DNA of 64,000 nucleotides, from contig CACONS010000006.1 of the NCBI GenBank assembly GCA_902628645.1, positions 1,731 to 65,730 on the forward strand. The letters are read 5' to 3'. This DNA comes from an uncultured Alphaproteobacteria bacterium. Lineage in GTDB: Bacteria > Pseudomonadota > Alphaproteobacteria > HIMB59 > GCA-002718135. Both the position numbers and the translations under genes were made by a program. The notes beneath the pieces are model-generated. The model was not told the origin of the DNA and ran no database searches. It saw nothing but the letters and a program-made list of their open reading frames with translations. Of this stretch, positions 47,355-56,738 are shown piece after piece; position 1 is the stretch's first letter, and every line of letters starts with the position of its first letter.

Positions 47355-48284
47355 ATGTTTCAAAAAGATAAGAAGTACATTCTTGATGGTGGTTCAGGGC
47401 AAACATTATTGGAAATGGGTTTAGAAACAACTGGAGATCTTTGGTCCGCACAAGCACTAATTGACAGTAAATATCATTCTCTGGTTTTAAAAATGCATCA
47501 AGATTTTATTAATGCCGGATCTGAAGTAATTGTTACTTCAAATTTTTCAGTTAGAAAAAGAATGTTTGCAAAACATAATTTACTAGATCATTTTGAAGAA
47601 GGCTTAACATATGCTGGAAAAATTGCACAAAAAGCAAAGAAAGAATCAAATAAAAATATTATTGTAGCTGGTTCTTTGCCAAATCAAGGTAATACTTATT
47701 CTCCAATTCAATTTGAAACAGATAAAACAATTTATGATAATTTTTTAGAAATTTGCATCATACTGAATGATTATATAGATATATTCTATTTAGATGTATT
47801 AAGTTCAATAAAAGAAATCAAGTTAGGATTAGAGGCAACAAAAAATTTTAATAAACAAACTTTAGTTGGCGTTCATTTACGATACGATGCAAGGCTTCCA
47901 TCTGGCGAAACTCTACATGAAGTTTTTAATGTAATAAAAGATTATAATTGTTGTGGAATTATTTCAGCTTGTGTATCACCTGAAATTGTTGAATTAAGTT
48001 TACAAGATTTACAAAAGCAAAAACTACCTTATGGTTACAAAATGAATTTATTTAAAGATATGCCAACTAATAATAAAAAAACTTTTTCAAAAGAAGGTTT
48101 TGATGGTGATAATAAATATGAATATGCAGATCCAGTAGAATTACTTGGCTCTAGAGCTTATGAATATAACGAAGATAAATTCAAAAATTTTGTTATTAAA
48201 ACACTAAAGGATAACGTGTCATTGATAGGTGGGTGTTGTGAAATCAAACCGAGACATATTAACAAGCTTAAAAATATCTTTTGA
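47355..48284 (+). CDS. homocysteine S-methyltransferase domain protein (MmuM/BHMT-like)
   Basis: Pfam S-methyl_trans-like layout with Zn ligands in ISACVSP and a C-terminal GGCCEIKPRHI. Confidence 0.8.
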   Translation: MFQKDKKYILDGGSGQTLLEMGLETTGDLWSAQALIDSKYHSLVLKMHQDFINAGSEVIVTSNFSVRKRMFAKHNLLDHFEEGLTYAGKIAQKAKKESNKNIIVAGSLPNQGNTYSPIQFETDKTIYDNFLEICIILNDYIDIFYLDVLSSIKEIKLGLEATKNFNKQTLVGVHLRYDARLPSGETLHEVFNVIKDYNCCGIISACVSPEIVELSLQDLQKQKLPYGYKMNLFKDMPTNNKKTFSKEGFDGDNKYEYADPVELLGSRAYEYNEDKFKNFVIKTLKDNVSLIGGCCEIKPRHINKLKNIF

Positions 48285-48322
48285 TTTTTTTATGTTTTAA
48301 GTGGATATTGTAAATTAATAAA

Positions 48323-49552
48323 ATGAATAATAATTCAAATAATTATCGCTTTGTAATTAAAGCTGTCCCAGTTGGTACTGGAAGATCAGTTGATTTAGCT
48401 AGACCGATGAAAATTCATCCTCTAAGCTACCAAGAATTACATTTAGACCCAGAATATACAAATTATGCAGATGGAAGGTTCACACTTGAAAAATTATCTC
48501 ATGCATCTGCAGATCAAATGTATTGGAAGGCTAGGCAAGCTATTATATTAAGACATACTGGAGAGCATCCTTATCAAATATCTGGTCCAGATGCAGAGAA
48601 ATTATTACAAAGAATATTTCCAAGAGATATCTCTAAGGTAAAAGTTGGAAGATGTTCATATCAATTTGCATGCTATCACGATGGGGGAATGATTTCAGAT
48701 GGATTACTTCTCAAACTAGAAGATAATAAATTTTGGTTTGCTCAAGGTGATGGTCATCTTTTTGGTTGGTATAAAGCTCATTCCACAGATTTAGATGTTG
48801 AAATTAAGGATCCTAATGTTTGGGTTAGCCAAATACAAGGTCCAAAATCTCTGGAGTTATTGAATAAAATTATTGATAAGCCATTTAAAGGAAACTTTAA
48901 ATATTTTGATTGGGAGGAAGTTTCAATTGCTTCCGAAATAGTTATTGTTAGTAGAACAGGTTTTACAAATGAACTAGGATGGGAAATTTATATATCTCCT
49001 GATAATGACGCACGAAAAATAGGAGATTTACTCTTAGAAGAAGGAGAAAAAATGGGAATGCTTCTAACAGCTTCTCCTGGATTTAGAGGAAGAAGAATTG
49101 AGGCAGGATTATTATCAGCAGGAAGAGATTTTACTAAAGATAGAAATCCGTTTTCAGTAGGTTTAGGAAAATTTATAGATTTTAATAAAGGTGATTTTAT
49201 AGGAAGAAAATTTTTACTAAATGCAGATAAAAAGTGTTTAACTTGGGGTATGAGAGTGGAAAATAGTTTTGCATTAGTTGACAGTGATATAATTTTAGAT
49301 GGAAAAAAAATTGGCATAGTAACATCAAGTACTTGGTCACCTTATCAAGAATGTGGAGTTTCAATTGTTCATTTGAATGACTCAAATTTTGGTCCTGGTA
49401 CAATAGTTGACGTTCTATGTGATAATGGCCAAAATAATAAAGGTGAAATATGTAAGCTGCCAATGTATGATGTTAATGGAGATATTCCAAGAGGCATAAA
49501 AGTTGATATACCAAAAGGCTCAGTGCCTTGGAAGGGAATCAATAAAAACTAA
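48323..49552 (+). CDS. GcvT-fold aminomethyltransferase-family protein (THF-dependent demethylase candidate), substrate unknown
   Basis: ISGPDAEKLLQRIFPRD, IQGPKSLELL, and SRTGFTNELGWEIY motifs of the GCV_T fold; 409 aa. Confidence 0.75.
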   Translation: MNNNSNNYRFVIKAVPVGTGRSVDLARPMKIHPLSYQELHLDPEYTNYADGRFTLEKLSHASADQMYWKARQAIILRHTGEHPYQISGPDAEKLLQRIFPRDISKVKVGRCSYQFACYHDGGMISDGLLLKLEDNKFWFAQGDGHLFGWYKAHSTDLDVEIKDPNVWVSQIQGPKSLELLNKIIDKPFKGNFKYFDWEEVSIASEIVIVSRTGFTNELGWEIYISPDNDARKIGDLLLEEGEKMGMLLTASPGFRGRRIEAGLLSAGRDFTKDRNPFSVGLGKFIDFNKGDFIGRKFLLNADKKCLTWGMRVENSFALVDSDIILDGKKIGIVTSSTWSPYQECGVSIVHLNDSNFGPGTIVDVLCDNGQNNKGEICKLPMYDVNGDIPRGIKVDIPKGSVPWKGINKN

Positions 49553-49600
49553 AGAATTTTATAATAGAATTATAAATTATGTTAGAATAATAATAAATTA

Positions 49601-50764
49601 ATGAATTATTATATTAATCCGAGTACAAAAATCCATACAATTGAAGATGCAATTAAATTATCTAAAAAAAGATTACCAAAATTAGTTTTTGATTTTATTG
49701 ATGGAGCATCAGGAGATGATAAACTTGCAGAAATAAATAGTAAAGCATTAGATCAAATAAGATTAGAGCCTAAAGTTTTTAGAAATGTTGAAAATAGAAA
49801 TTTAACAAAAAAAATCTTAAATTTTCAATTTGATTATCCTTTTGGTTTTGCTCCTATGGGTATGACCAATTTATCATGGCCTGAAGCAGATAAAATGATA
49901 GCTAAGGAAAGTGCACACTTAAACATACCAACATGTGTTTCTATGGCATCAAGTACCACTTTAGAAGACATGTATAGTTTTTCAGAGGGACATTCTTGGA
50001 TGCAAATATATATTTTTCAAAGTGAAGAATTTATTATGGAGCTTTTAAAAAGAGCTCAAAATATAGGATATAAAGTTTTAATTTTAACAGTTGATGTTCC
50101 AATTTTATCACGAAGAGCTAGAGATGATAGAAATGGATTTGGTTATCCATTTAAAATTGGCCCAAAACAATTTTTAGATTTTGCCCTTCATCCAAGATGG
50201 AGTTTAACAACTTTATTTAAAGGAACTCCTAAGCCAATGAATTATGTAACTTCAAATTCTGGAGAACAAGTTTTTAGAAGAAAAGAAAGTAGAGGTGCAA
50301 CTGATTGGGAAACTCTAAAAAGAATAAGAAATGCATGGAAAGATAAATTAATAATTAAAGGCGTGATGAACACGGAAGATGCAATAAAAATAAAAGAAGC
50401 CGGTGCAGATGCTATTCAAGTATCAAATCATGGTGGAAGACAATTAGATAGTGCCACAGCTGCTATTAATGCACTACCCTTAATACGAAAAGCAGTAGGA
50501 GATAATTTTCCATTAATATTTGATAGTGGAATTAGAAGTGGAAGTGATATTTTAAGAGCTTTAGCATTAGGAGCTGACTTTACTATGTTTGGTAGACCAT
50601 TAATGTATGCTATTGGTGCTGATGGAGCTAGAGGCTTAAGAAGAATAATTAACTTAATTAAAGAAGAACTAAGTACAAACCTTGGTTTAGTGGGATTAAC
50701 GGATATAAATGAAGTAGACAAAAAAATTATAGCAGAGAAAATTTTTAAGGGTATTAATTATTAA
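49601..50764 (+). CDS. FMN-dependent alpha-hydroxy acid dehydrogenase/oxidase (LldD/glycolate-oxidase family)
   Basis: FDFIDGASGDD, LTVDVPILSRRARD, and SNHGGRQLD active-site motifs. Confidence 0.88.
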   Translation: MNYYINPSTKIHTIEDAIKLSKKRLPKLVFDFIDGASGDDKLAEINSKALDQIRLEPKVFRNVENRNLTKKILNFQFDYPFGFAPMGMTNLSWPEADKMIAKESAHLNIPTCVSMASSTTLEDMYSFSEGHSWMQIYIFQSEEFIMELLKRAQNIGYKVLILTVDVPILSRRARDDRNGFGYPFKIGPKQFLDFALHPRWSLTTLFKGTPKPMNYVTSNSGEQVFRRKESRGATDWETLKRIRNAWKDKLIIKGVMNTEDAIKIKEAGADAIQVSNHGGRQLDSATAAINALPLIRKAVGDNFPLIFDSGIRSGSDILRALALGADFTMFGRPLMYAIGADGARGLRRIINLIKEELSTNLGLVGLTDINEVDKKIIAEKIFKGINY

Positions 50765-50765
50765 A

Positions 50766-52508
50766 ATGGGAGATAAAAAAATAAGAGGTGGTGCTTTAGT
50801 GGCGAGAGCATTAAAAGATAAGGGAATTGAAAATGTATTTACTCTTTCTGGTGGTTTTTGTAATCCAGCACTAGAAGGTTTCATGGAGTGTCAAATTAAT
50901 GTTATTAATTGTCCTCATGAACAAATAGCAGGCCATTTAGCTGATGGTCATACAAGGATAACAAGAAAACCATCTGTTTGTATTGTTGGTCCAGAGGGTT
51001 TTGCAAATGCTGTACCTTCTATGATGGAGGCATGGGGTGAAAGATCTCCTGTAATTTTTATAACAGGTTCAAGTAGTTTAAAAAGACAAGGTGCTGGTGG
51101 TTTCAAAGAGATTGATGATGTTACTATTGCAGCACCTTTAACGAAGTATAGTGCAAGTATAACTGAAGGCACTAGAATAAGGGAGTTTGTAGATAAAGCA
51201 TATAGAATTGCAACAAATGGCTATCCTGGTGCAGTACATTTAAGTGTACCAGTAGATATAATGTTTTCATCATTTGCAGATGATGCAGGTTTAGAAGAAA
51301 GACCTTTTACTCATCAAAAAAAACCTTTAGCCAAAGCTTGGCCAGACCCTGAGAGTTTAAATGAAATATTTGATCTAGCAATTAATGCTCAAAAACCAGT
51401 TTTTATTGGAGGGCATGGTGTTTGGTGGTCCAATGCAGAAAAAAAATTAGAGCAAGCTGGTTTTGAATTAAACATTCCAATATTTAATATACCATACCAT
51501 CAAAAGCTTTTAGGCGAAGAGGCAGATACATACATGGGTTTGGCAGATATTCATCAATATCCTCCATCAAAAATGGCACTCAATGAATCAGATTTGGTTC
51601 TTATGATTGGTGCACGTCTTGATAATCAAATGAATTTTGGCAATCCTCCACTTTTTCCAAAAAATACTAAGCTTGTATGTATTAATGGATCACACGAAGA
51701 AATAGAATTAAATAGAGCTGCTGATATTAACTTACTATGTGATCCTAGAGTTTTTTTAGACAAACTCATAGAATTAAAGAAAGATAGTAAATGGAAATTA
51801 AATAATGATTGGTTTGATAAAAATAAAAAAGAGAAAAAAAATTGGATCGATAAAACATTAGACGACTTAAACAAAGAAACTGAAGAGACAAAAAAAAATG
51901 GTGGGAAAATTCATCCTCTTCAGTTAGCTTTAGATGTTCAAGAAGTATTAACTGAAAATGATTGGTTAGTTATTGATGGTGGAAACACACATTTTTGGTC
52001 TGAGATTGCAATTAATATTGCTGGATCAAAAGGAAAAAAACTTGGTGGAATATTACATCCAGGAACATTTAGTATGTTAGGTGTTGGAGTTCCTTTTGCT
52101 GTATCAGCGAAAAACCTTAATCCTAAATCTAATGTAGTTTTAATAAGTGGAGATGGAGCATTTTTATCTGGTGGATTATCAATTGAAGCTGCTTTTCAAG
52201 AAAAAAAACCTATTGTTGTAGTTATAGATAACAATGGAGGTCTTGACTGTATTTCTCAACAACAAGAAAGGTTATTTGAAAGTGGGAAACACTTTGCAAC
52301 TGATTTTAGAGACATTCCATTTCACTCAATTTTTAAAGGTTTTGGAGGGCATGGAGAATTAGTTACTAAAAGAGAAGATTTAGGCCCCGCTTTAAAAAGA
52401 GCGTTAGAAAGTGGTAAAACTGCATGTGTAAATGTTAAGGCTAAAGGTGTTATAAGTCCAATAGTTGCTGCAGTTAGTGATAAAAGAGATAAAGCGTCTA
52501 TAGAGTAA
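50766..52508 (+). CDS. thiamine-diphosphate-dependent enzyme (acetolactate synthase / oxalyl-CoA decarboxylase / 2-hydroxyacyl-CoA lyase superfamily)
   Basis: Catalytic Glu in PHEQIAGHLADG and the ThDP-binding GDGAF...NN motif (SGDGAFLSGG...VIDNNGG); 580 aa. Confidence 0.85.
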   Translation: MGDKKIRGGALVARALKDKGIENVFTLSGGFCNPALEGFMECQINVINCPHEQIAGHLADGHTRITRKPSVCIVGPEGFANAVPSMMEAWGERSPVIFITGSSSLKRQGAGGFKEIDDVTIAAPLTKYSASITEGTRIREFVDKAYRIATNGYPGAVHLSVPVDIMFSSFADDAGLEERPFTHQKKPLAKAWPDPESLNEIFDLAINAQKPVFIGGHGVWWSNAEKKLEQAGFELNIPIFNIPYHQKLLGEEADTYMGLADIHQYPPSKMALNESDLVLMIGARLDNQMNFGNPPLFPKNTKLVCINGSHEEIELNRAADINLLCDPRVFLDKLIELKKDSKWKLNNDWFDKNKKEKKNWIDKTLDDLNKETEETKKNGGKIHPLQLALDVQEVLTENDWLVIDGGNTHFWSEIAINIAGSKGKKLGGILHPGTFSMLGVGVPFAVSAKNLNPKSNVVLISGDGAFLSGGLSIEAAFQEKKPIVVVIDNNGGLDCISQQQERLFESGKHFATDFRDIPFHSIFKGFGGHGELVTKREDLGPALKRALESGKTACVNVKAKGVISPIVAAVSDKRDKASIE

Positions 52509-52511
52509 GTT

Positions 52512-52847
52512 ATGGCAATTTTTTCTACACATTTACTAAACGCAATAGATGGTACGCATGCAAGCGATGTAGAAATTATTATTTATAAAATAAATAATAA
52601 TAACAAAATTGTATTTCTAGAAGAAAAAACAGATAGCTCTGGAAGAATGCTTAAAGAATTTGAATTAACGAAAGAAGATTGTGAAAATGATTATGAAATG
52701 ATAATTAATTCAGGTAAATTTTTTAGAAATACGAGTGAAATAATTAATTCAATAAGTGTTAAATTTAAAATGAAAGATCCTCTTAAAAAATATCATATAC
52801 CTCTAATTATTTCACCAAATGGGTACTCAATATGGTGGTCAAAATAA
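52512..52847 (+). CDS. transthyretin-like protein (HIU-hydrolase fold) with a non-canonical C-terminus
   Basis: STHLLN...G, TDSSGR, and YHIPLIISPNGYS are conserved, but the protein ends IWWSK instead of the HIU-hydrolase signature YRGS. Confidence 0.7.
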   Translation: MAIFSTHLLNAIDGTHASDVEIIIYKINNNNKIVFLEEKTDSSGRMLKEFELTKEDCENDYEMIINSGKFFRNTSEIINSISVKFKMKDPLKKYHIPLIISPNGYSIWWSK

Positions 52848-52848
52848 A

Positions 52849-53970
52849 ATGAGTAATTCAGGATTAAACATGTCCAGACGTATTAGGAGGACCCCCTATA
52901 CAGAGAAAGTAATTGAAGCTGGTGTAAGTGGTTTTACTGTAGTTAATCATATGCTTCTTCCAAAATCATATAAAGCAACTGTAGAAGAAGATTATTGGCA
53001 TTTATCTAAAGATACTCAAATTTGGGATGTTTCATGTCAACGTCAGGTTCAAATAATAGGAGAAGATGCTAAAAAATTAATACAACTCATGTCTCCAAGA
53101 TCAATAAAAGATATGCCTATTGGTAAATGTTACTATTATCCAATGATTGATGAAAATGCAGGGATTATAAATGATCCTGTACTTTTAAAATTAAGTGAAA
53201 ATAAATATTGGCTATCAGTTGCAGACTCAGATGTTCTTCTTTGGGCAAAAGGATTGGCTGTAGGAAGAAATTTTAAAGTTGATATTATAGAGCCTGATGT
53301 TTACCCTCTAGCAATTCAAGGTCCAAAATCTGAAGAATTAATGTCATCAATATTTGGTGAAAAAATTAAAAAATTAAAATTCTTTCATTTTTCTTTTTTT
53401 GAATTTGATGGAACAAAGCAAATAATTGCAAGATCAGGATATAGCAAACAAGATGGTTTTGAGATTTATCTTAAAGGTTTTAGTTTAGGAAAAAAACTTT
53501 GGGAAACTATTTGGGAAGCAGGAAAAGGTTTTAATATTTCTCCTGGATGTCCAAATTTAATTGATAGAATAGAAGGTGGTTTATTATCCTATGGTAATGA
53601 ATTTACTTTAGAAAATAATCCAATTGAATGTGGATTTGATAATTATTGTAGCAATTTATCTCATGATTTCATTGGAAAAAATGCACTAAAAAAAATATTA
53701 AAAAATGGAATAGAAAAAAAAATAAAAGGAATTACTTTTGATGGGTCACCAACTCCTCCGTGCACAATACCTTTTCCTGTATACTCAAAAAATAGATTTC
53801 AAATTGGTAATATCACCTCTGGTATTTATTCACCATTTTTAAAAACCAATATTGGGTTATCAATGGTTGATAGAGATTATTGGAATGATGGGCAGGATGT
53901 TATCGTATTAACACCAGACAATATTGAGAGAAAAGGTAAAGTTCGCTCACTACCTTTTAATTATTCTTAA
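52849..53970 (+). CDS. dmdA: DmdA-family (dimethylsulfoniopropionate demethylase-like) GcvT-fold methyltransferase
   Basis: SRRIRRTP, VVNHMLLP, IWDVSCQRQV, CYYYPMIDENAGIINDPVLLKL, IQGPKSEELM, ARSGYSKQDGFEIY, and GCPNLIDRIEGGLLSYGN are colinear with remembered Ruegeria and Pelagibacter DmdA. The ATG at 52849 lies 1 nt after the upstream stop. Confidence 0.75.
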   Translation: MSNSGLNMSRRIRRTPYTEKVIEAGVSGFTVVNHMLLPKSYKATVEEDYWHLSKDTQIWDVSCQRQVQIIGEDAKKLIQLMSPRSIKDMPIGKCYYYPMIDENAGIINDPVLLKLSENKYWLSVADSDVLLWAKGLAVGRNFKVDIIEPDVYPLAIQGPKSEELMSSIFGEKIKKLKFFHFSFFEFDGTKQIIARSGYSKQDGFEIYLKGFSLGKKLWETIWEAGKGFNISPGCPNLIDRIEGGLLSYGNEFTLENNPIECGFDNYCSNLSHDFIGKNALKKILKNGIEKKIKGITFDGSPTPPCTIPFPVYSKNRFQIGNITSGIYSPFLKTNIGLSMVDRDYWNDGQDVIVLTPDNIERKGKVRSLPFNYS

Positions 53971-53971
53971 A

Positions 53972-54418
53972 ATGAGTCATTCAATCGAATTAAAGTGGGA
54001 ATTAGGAGATCAAAAACTCGAATTTGGAAAATACTTAACTGATCACACAGTAATGCTTAACGAAAATGTATCTATTGATGCGGGATCATCTCCAGATTAT
54101 GGAGGAAGCGAAACTAATATTAATCCAGAGCAAAAACTAGCTGCAGCTGTAAGTAGTTGTTTTATGATGACGTTTTTAGCTTTAGCTGCAAAAATGAAAT
54201 GGCCAGTTATTAATTACAAAGATAAAGCAATTTCATATTTAGGAAAAAATGCAGAGGGAAGAATGTACGTCAACAAAATAGAGCTAAATCCAGCTATAGT
54301 ATTTGAAGATAATTTTAATATTTCTGATGAAGAAATGAAAAAGATGAAAGAGAGATCACATAAGTATTGTTTTATCGCTAATTCACTATCAAAAGATGTA
54401 GAAATTCAAATCAATTAA
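53972..54418 (+). CDS. OsmC/Ohr-family protein (thiol peroxidase fold)
   Basis: Both conserved Cys contexts are present (VSSCFMMTF and HKYCFIANS). The ATG at 53972 lies 1 nt after the dmdA-like stop. Confidence 0.8.
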   Translation: MSHSIELKWELGDQKLEFGKYLTDHTVMLNENVSIDAGSSPDYGGSETNINPEQKLAAAVSSCFMMTFLALAAKMKWPVINYKDKAISYLGKNAEGRMYVNKIELNPAIVFEDNFNISDEEMKKMKERSHKYCFIANSLSKDVEIQIN

Positions 54419-55210
54419 ATGAATTTTAATCTAATATTAAACGAAAAAAATAATAATATTTTTAATATTATTCTTAATGACCAGAAAAACCAAAATACTT
54501 TAAGCGAAAACATGATCAATGAATTAACATCAGCACTAGATATTGCTGATAAAGATAATGAAGTAAAAGTCATTATTTTATCATCAAAAGGTAATATTTT
54601 TTGTGCAGGACATAATTTAAAAGATTTAAATTCACAAAGATTGCAAAATGACAAAGGTGAAAGCTATTTTAAAAAAATATTTCAAATGTGCTCTCAACTT
54701 ATGCTGAAAATTAATAAAAATAATAAACCAGTTATAGCTATGGTTGATGGTATAGCTACTGCAGCAGGCTGTCAGTTAATTTCTAGCTGTGATTTAGCTT
54801 ACTCAAGTAGCAGAGCAAAATATGCAACTCCTGGTGTTAATATTGGATTATTTTGTTCTACACCAATGGTTCCATTATCAAGAACTGTAGGTAAAAAGCA
54901 AGCTATGGAAATGCTTCTCACTGGAGATCTTATAGATGCAAATAAAGCATTAAGGATTGGCTTAATAAATGATGTCTTTGAAGAAGATAGTTTAAAAGAA
55001 AATGTATTTCAAATTGCTAAAAAAATATCGTCTAAATCTTCTAATACTATTAAAATTGGTAAAGAAGCTTTTTACAAACAAAAAGATATGAAACTAGAAG
55101 ACGCATATAATTTTACTTCAAATGTAATGACGGAAAATATGTTAAATGATGATTCCAGAGAAGGTATTGAAGCTTTTTTAGAAAAGAGAGAGCCAAACTG
55201 GAAAGAATAA
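54419..55210 (+). CDS. enoyl-CoA hydratase/isomerase (crotonase) family protein, ECHDC3-like
   Basis: Oxyanion-hole region FCAGHNLKDL and MVDGIATAAGCQL. Starts at the nucleotide after the OsmC-like stop. Confidence 0.85.
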   Translation: MNFNLILNEKNNNIFNIILNDQKNQNTLSENMINELTSALDIADKDNEVKVIILSSKGNIFCAGHNLKDLNSQRLQNDKGESYFKKIFQMCSQLMLKINKNNKPVIAMVDGIATAAGCQLISSCDLAYSSSRAKYATPGVNIGLFCSTPMVPLSRTVGKKQAMEMLLTGDLIDANKALRIGLINDVFEEDSLKENVFQIAKKISSKSSNTIKIGKEAFYKQKDMKLEDAYNFTSNVMTENMLNDDSREGIEAFLEKREPNWKE

Positions 55211-55220
55211 TTACTTCTTC

Positions 55221-56693
55221 TTAAAATGGGTTTGGTTGAGATGGTTTGGTAGCTAACCATGTAGATTTAGTCTGCATGTAACTTTGCATTCCCTCCCATC
55301 CATTTTCACGACCGTATCCTGATTGCTTGAAACCTCCAACTGGAGATTGAGTAGAAGCATTAAAATAATTATTTATATAAACAGTTCCAGCCTCTATCTT
55401 ATCTGCTAAACGTATAGCTTTATTGGTATCCTTAGTCCAAATACCTGCTGCAAGTCCATAAATAGTATTGTTTGCAATTTTAATTACTTCATCTTCATCA
55501 TCCCAAGATTGTATTGAGGCGACAGGTCCAAATACTTCATTTTGAGCTAAATCATCTTCATTTGGAACATTATCAAAAATAGTTGGTCCAATATAGTACC
55601 CTTCAGATTTTTGTTCTTTTCTTCCATCAATTAATAATTTTAAACCTCTTTTTTCAGCCGCTTCTATCTTAGATAAAATAAAATCATATTGCTCTTTATT
55701 TGCTATAGGTCCTATTTGTGTTGCTGTATCATTTGGGTTACCAACTTTAGCTTTTTTAACAACTTCTAATAAATTTTGAGTAAATTTATCTTTTATATCT
55801 TTATGCACTAATATTCTTGATCCTGAAATACAGCTATGACCTGAAACTGGAAAGATTCCTGAAACAACTCCATTAACTGATAAAGTTAAATCAGCATCTT
55901 TAAATATAATTTGTGGTGATTTTCCTCCTAGCTCCATAATAATAGGTTTAACGTTTTTGGATGCACTTAAACTAGCTGCACGCCCCCCTTTTGTTCCGCC
56001 TGTAAAACTTATCATTCTAACATCTTGGTGTTCAATAAGAGGTGCACCAGTGGTAGGGCCAAAACCAGTAACAACATTAATCAAGCCTTCAGGAAGATCG
56101 GCTTCTTCTAAAATTTTCATTAACTCTAATGTAGAGCACGATGCTCTTTCTGAAGGTTTAATTACAACAGTATTGCCTGCTGCAATTGCTGGTGCCAATT
56201 TCCAGATTAATGTTCCAATTGGTGAGTTCCAAGGTAGAATTAGTGCAACAACTCCAAATGGTTCCCATTTTAAATAATTATGCATATTTGGAACCTCTGA
56301 AGGTATCAATCTACCTTCATACTTGTCACACATACCTGCATAATAATAAAAACTCTCAGTCTGCCAGCTAGTTAAAGAAGGAGTGATATTTTTTGGAAGT
56401 TTGCCGTTGTCTTTAGTTTCTATTTTTCCAATGCGTTCAGCATTTTTAGCAATAATATCTCCAATTCTAGTTAATGTTCTTCCTCTTTCTGCTGGATACA
56501 TTTTAGCATAAGGACCATCATAATAAGCACGTTTAGCAGATGATACTGCAAGATTAATATCTTTTTGATTACAGTCAGGGACCTTTGCCCATACTTTACC
56601 TATAGATGGATCCTCACTTTCAAAATATTTTTCAGATGAAGGGTCATGCCATTTATTTCCCGCATAAAATTTGTAGGTTTGAATTTCAGACAT
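55221..56693 (-). CDS. NAD(P)+-dependent aldehyde dehydrogenase (BetB-like size and class)
   Basis: ELGGKSP and catalytic Cys in GHSCISGSR; 490 aa. Confidence 0.88.
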   Translation of the reverse strand: MSEIQTYKFYAGNKWHDPSSEKYFESEDPSIGKVWAKVPDCNQKDINLAVSSAKRAYYDGPYAKMYPAERGRTLTRIGDIIAKNAERIGKIETKDNGKLPKNITPSLTSWQTESFYYYAGMCDKYEGRLIPSEVPNMHNYLKWEPFGVVALILPWNSPIGTLIWKLAPAIAAGNTVVIKPSERASCSTLELMKILEEADLPEGLINVVTGFGPTTGAPLIEHQDVRMISFTGGTKGGRAASLSASKNVKPIIMELGGKSPQIIFKDADLTLSVNGVVSGIFPVSGHSCISGSRILVHKDIKDKFTQNLLEVVKKAKVGNPNDTATQIGPIANKEQYDFILSKIEAAEKRGLKLLIDGRKEQKSEGYYIGPTIFDNVPNEDDLAQNEVFGPVASIQSWDDEDEVIKIANNTIYGLAAGIWTKDTNKAIRLADKIEAGTVYINNYFNASTQSPVGGFKQSGYGRENGWEGMQSYMQTKSTWLATKPSQPNPF

Positions 56694-56738
56694 AATTTAT
56701 TTAAACTTAAATATTTTCATTGGTCAACTTATTTGTGA

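Noticed and set aside
48988-49463. Two minus-strand ORFs (109 and 88 aa), plus similar antisense ORFs at 12708-13010, 50428-50884, 50948-51172, 51626-51874, 54415-54654, 55957-56371 and 62835-63089
   Set aside because: All are antisense or out of frame relative to genes with strong family signatures. None has its own SD, spacing or recognisable motif.
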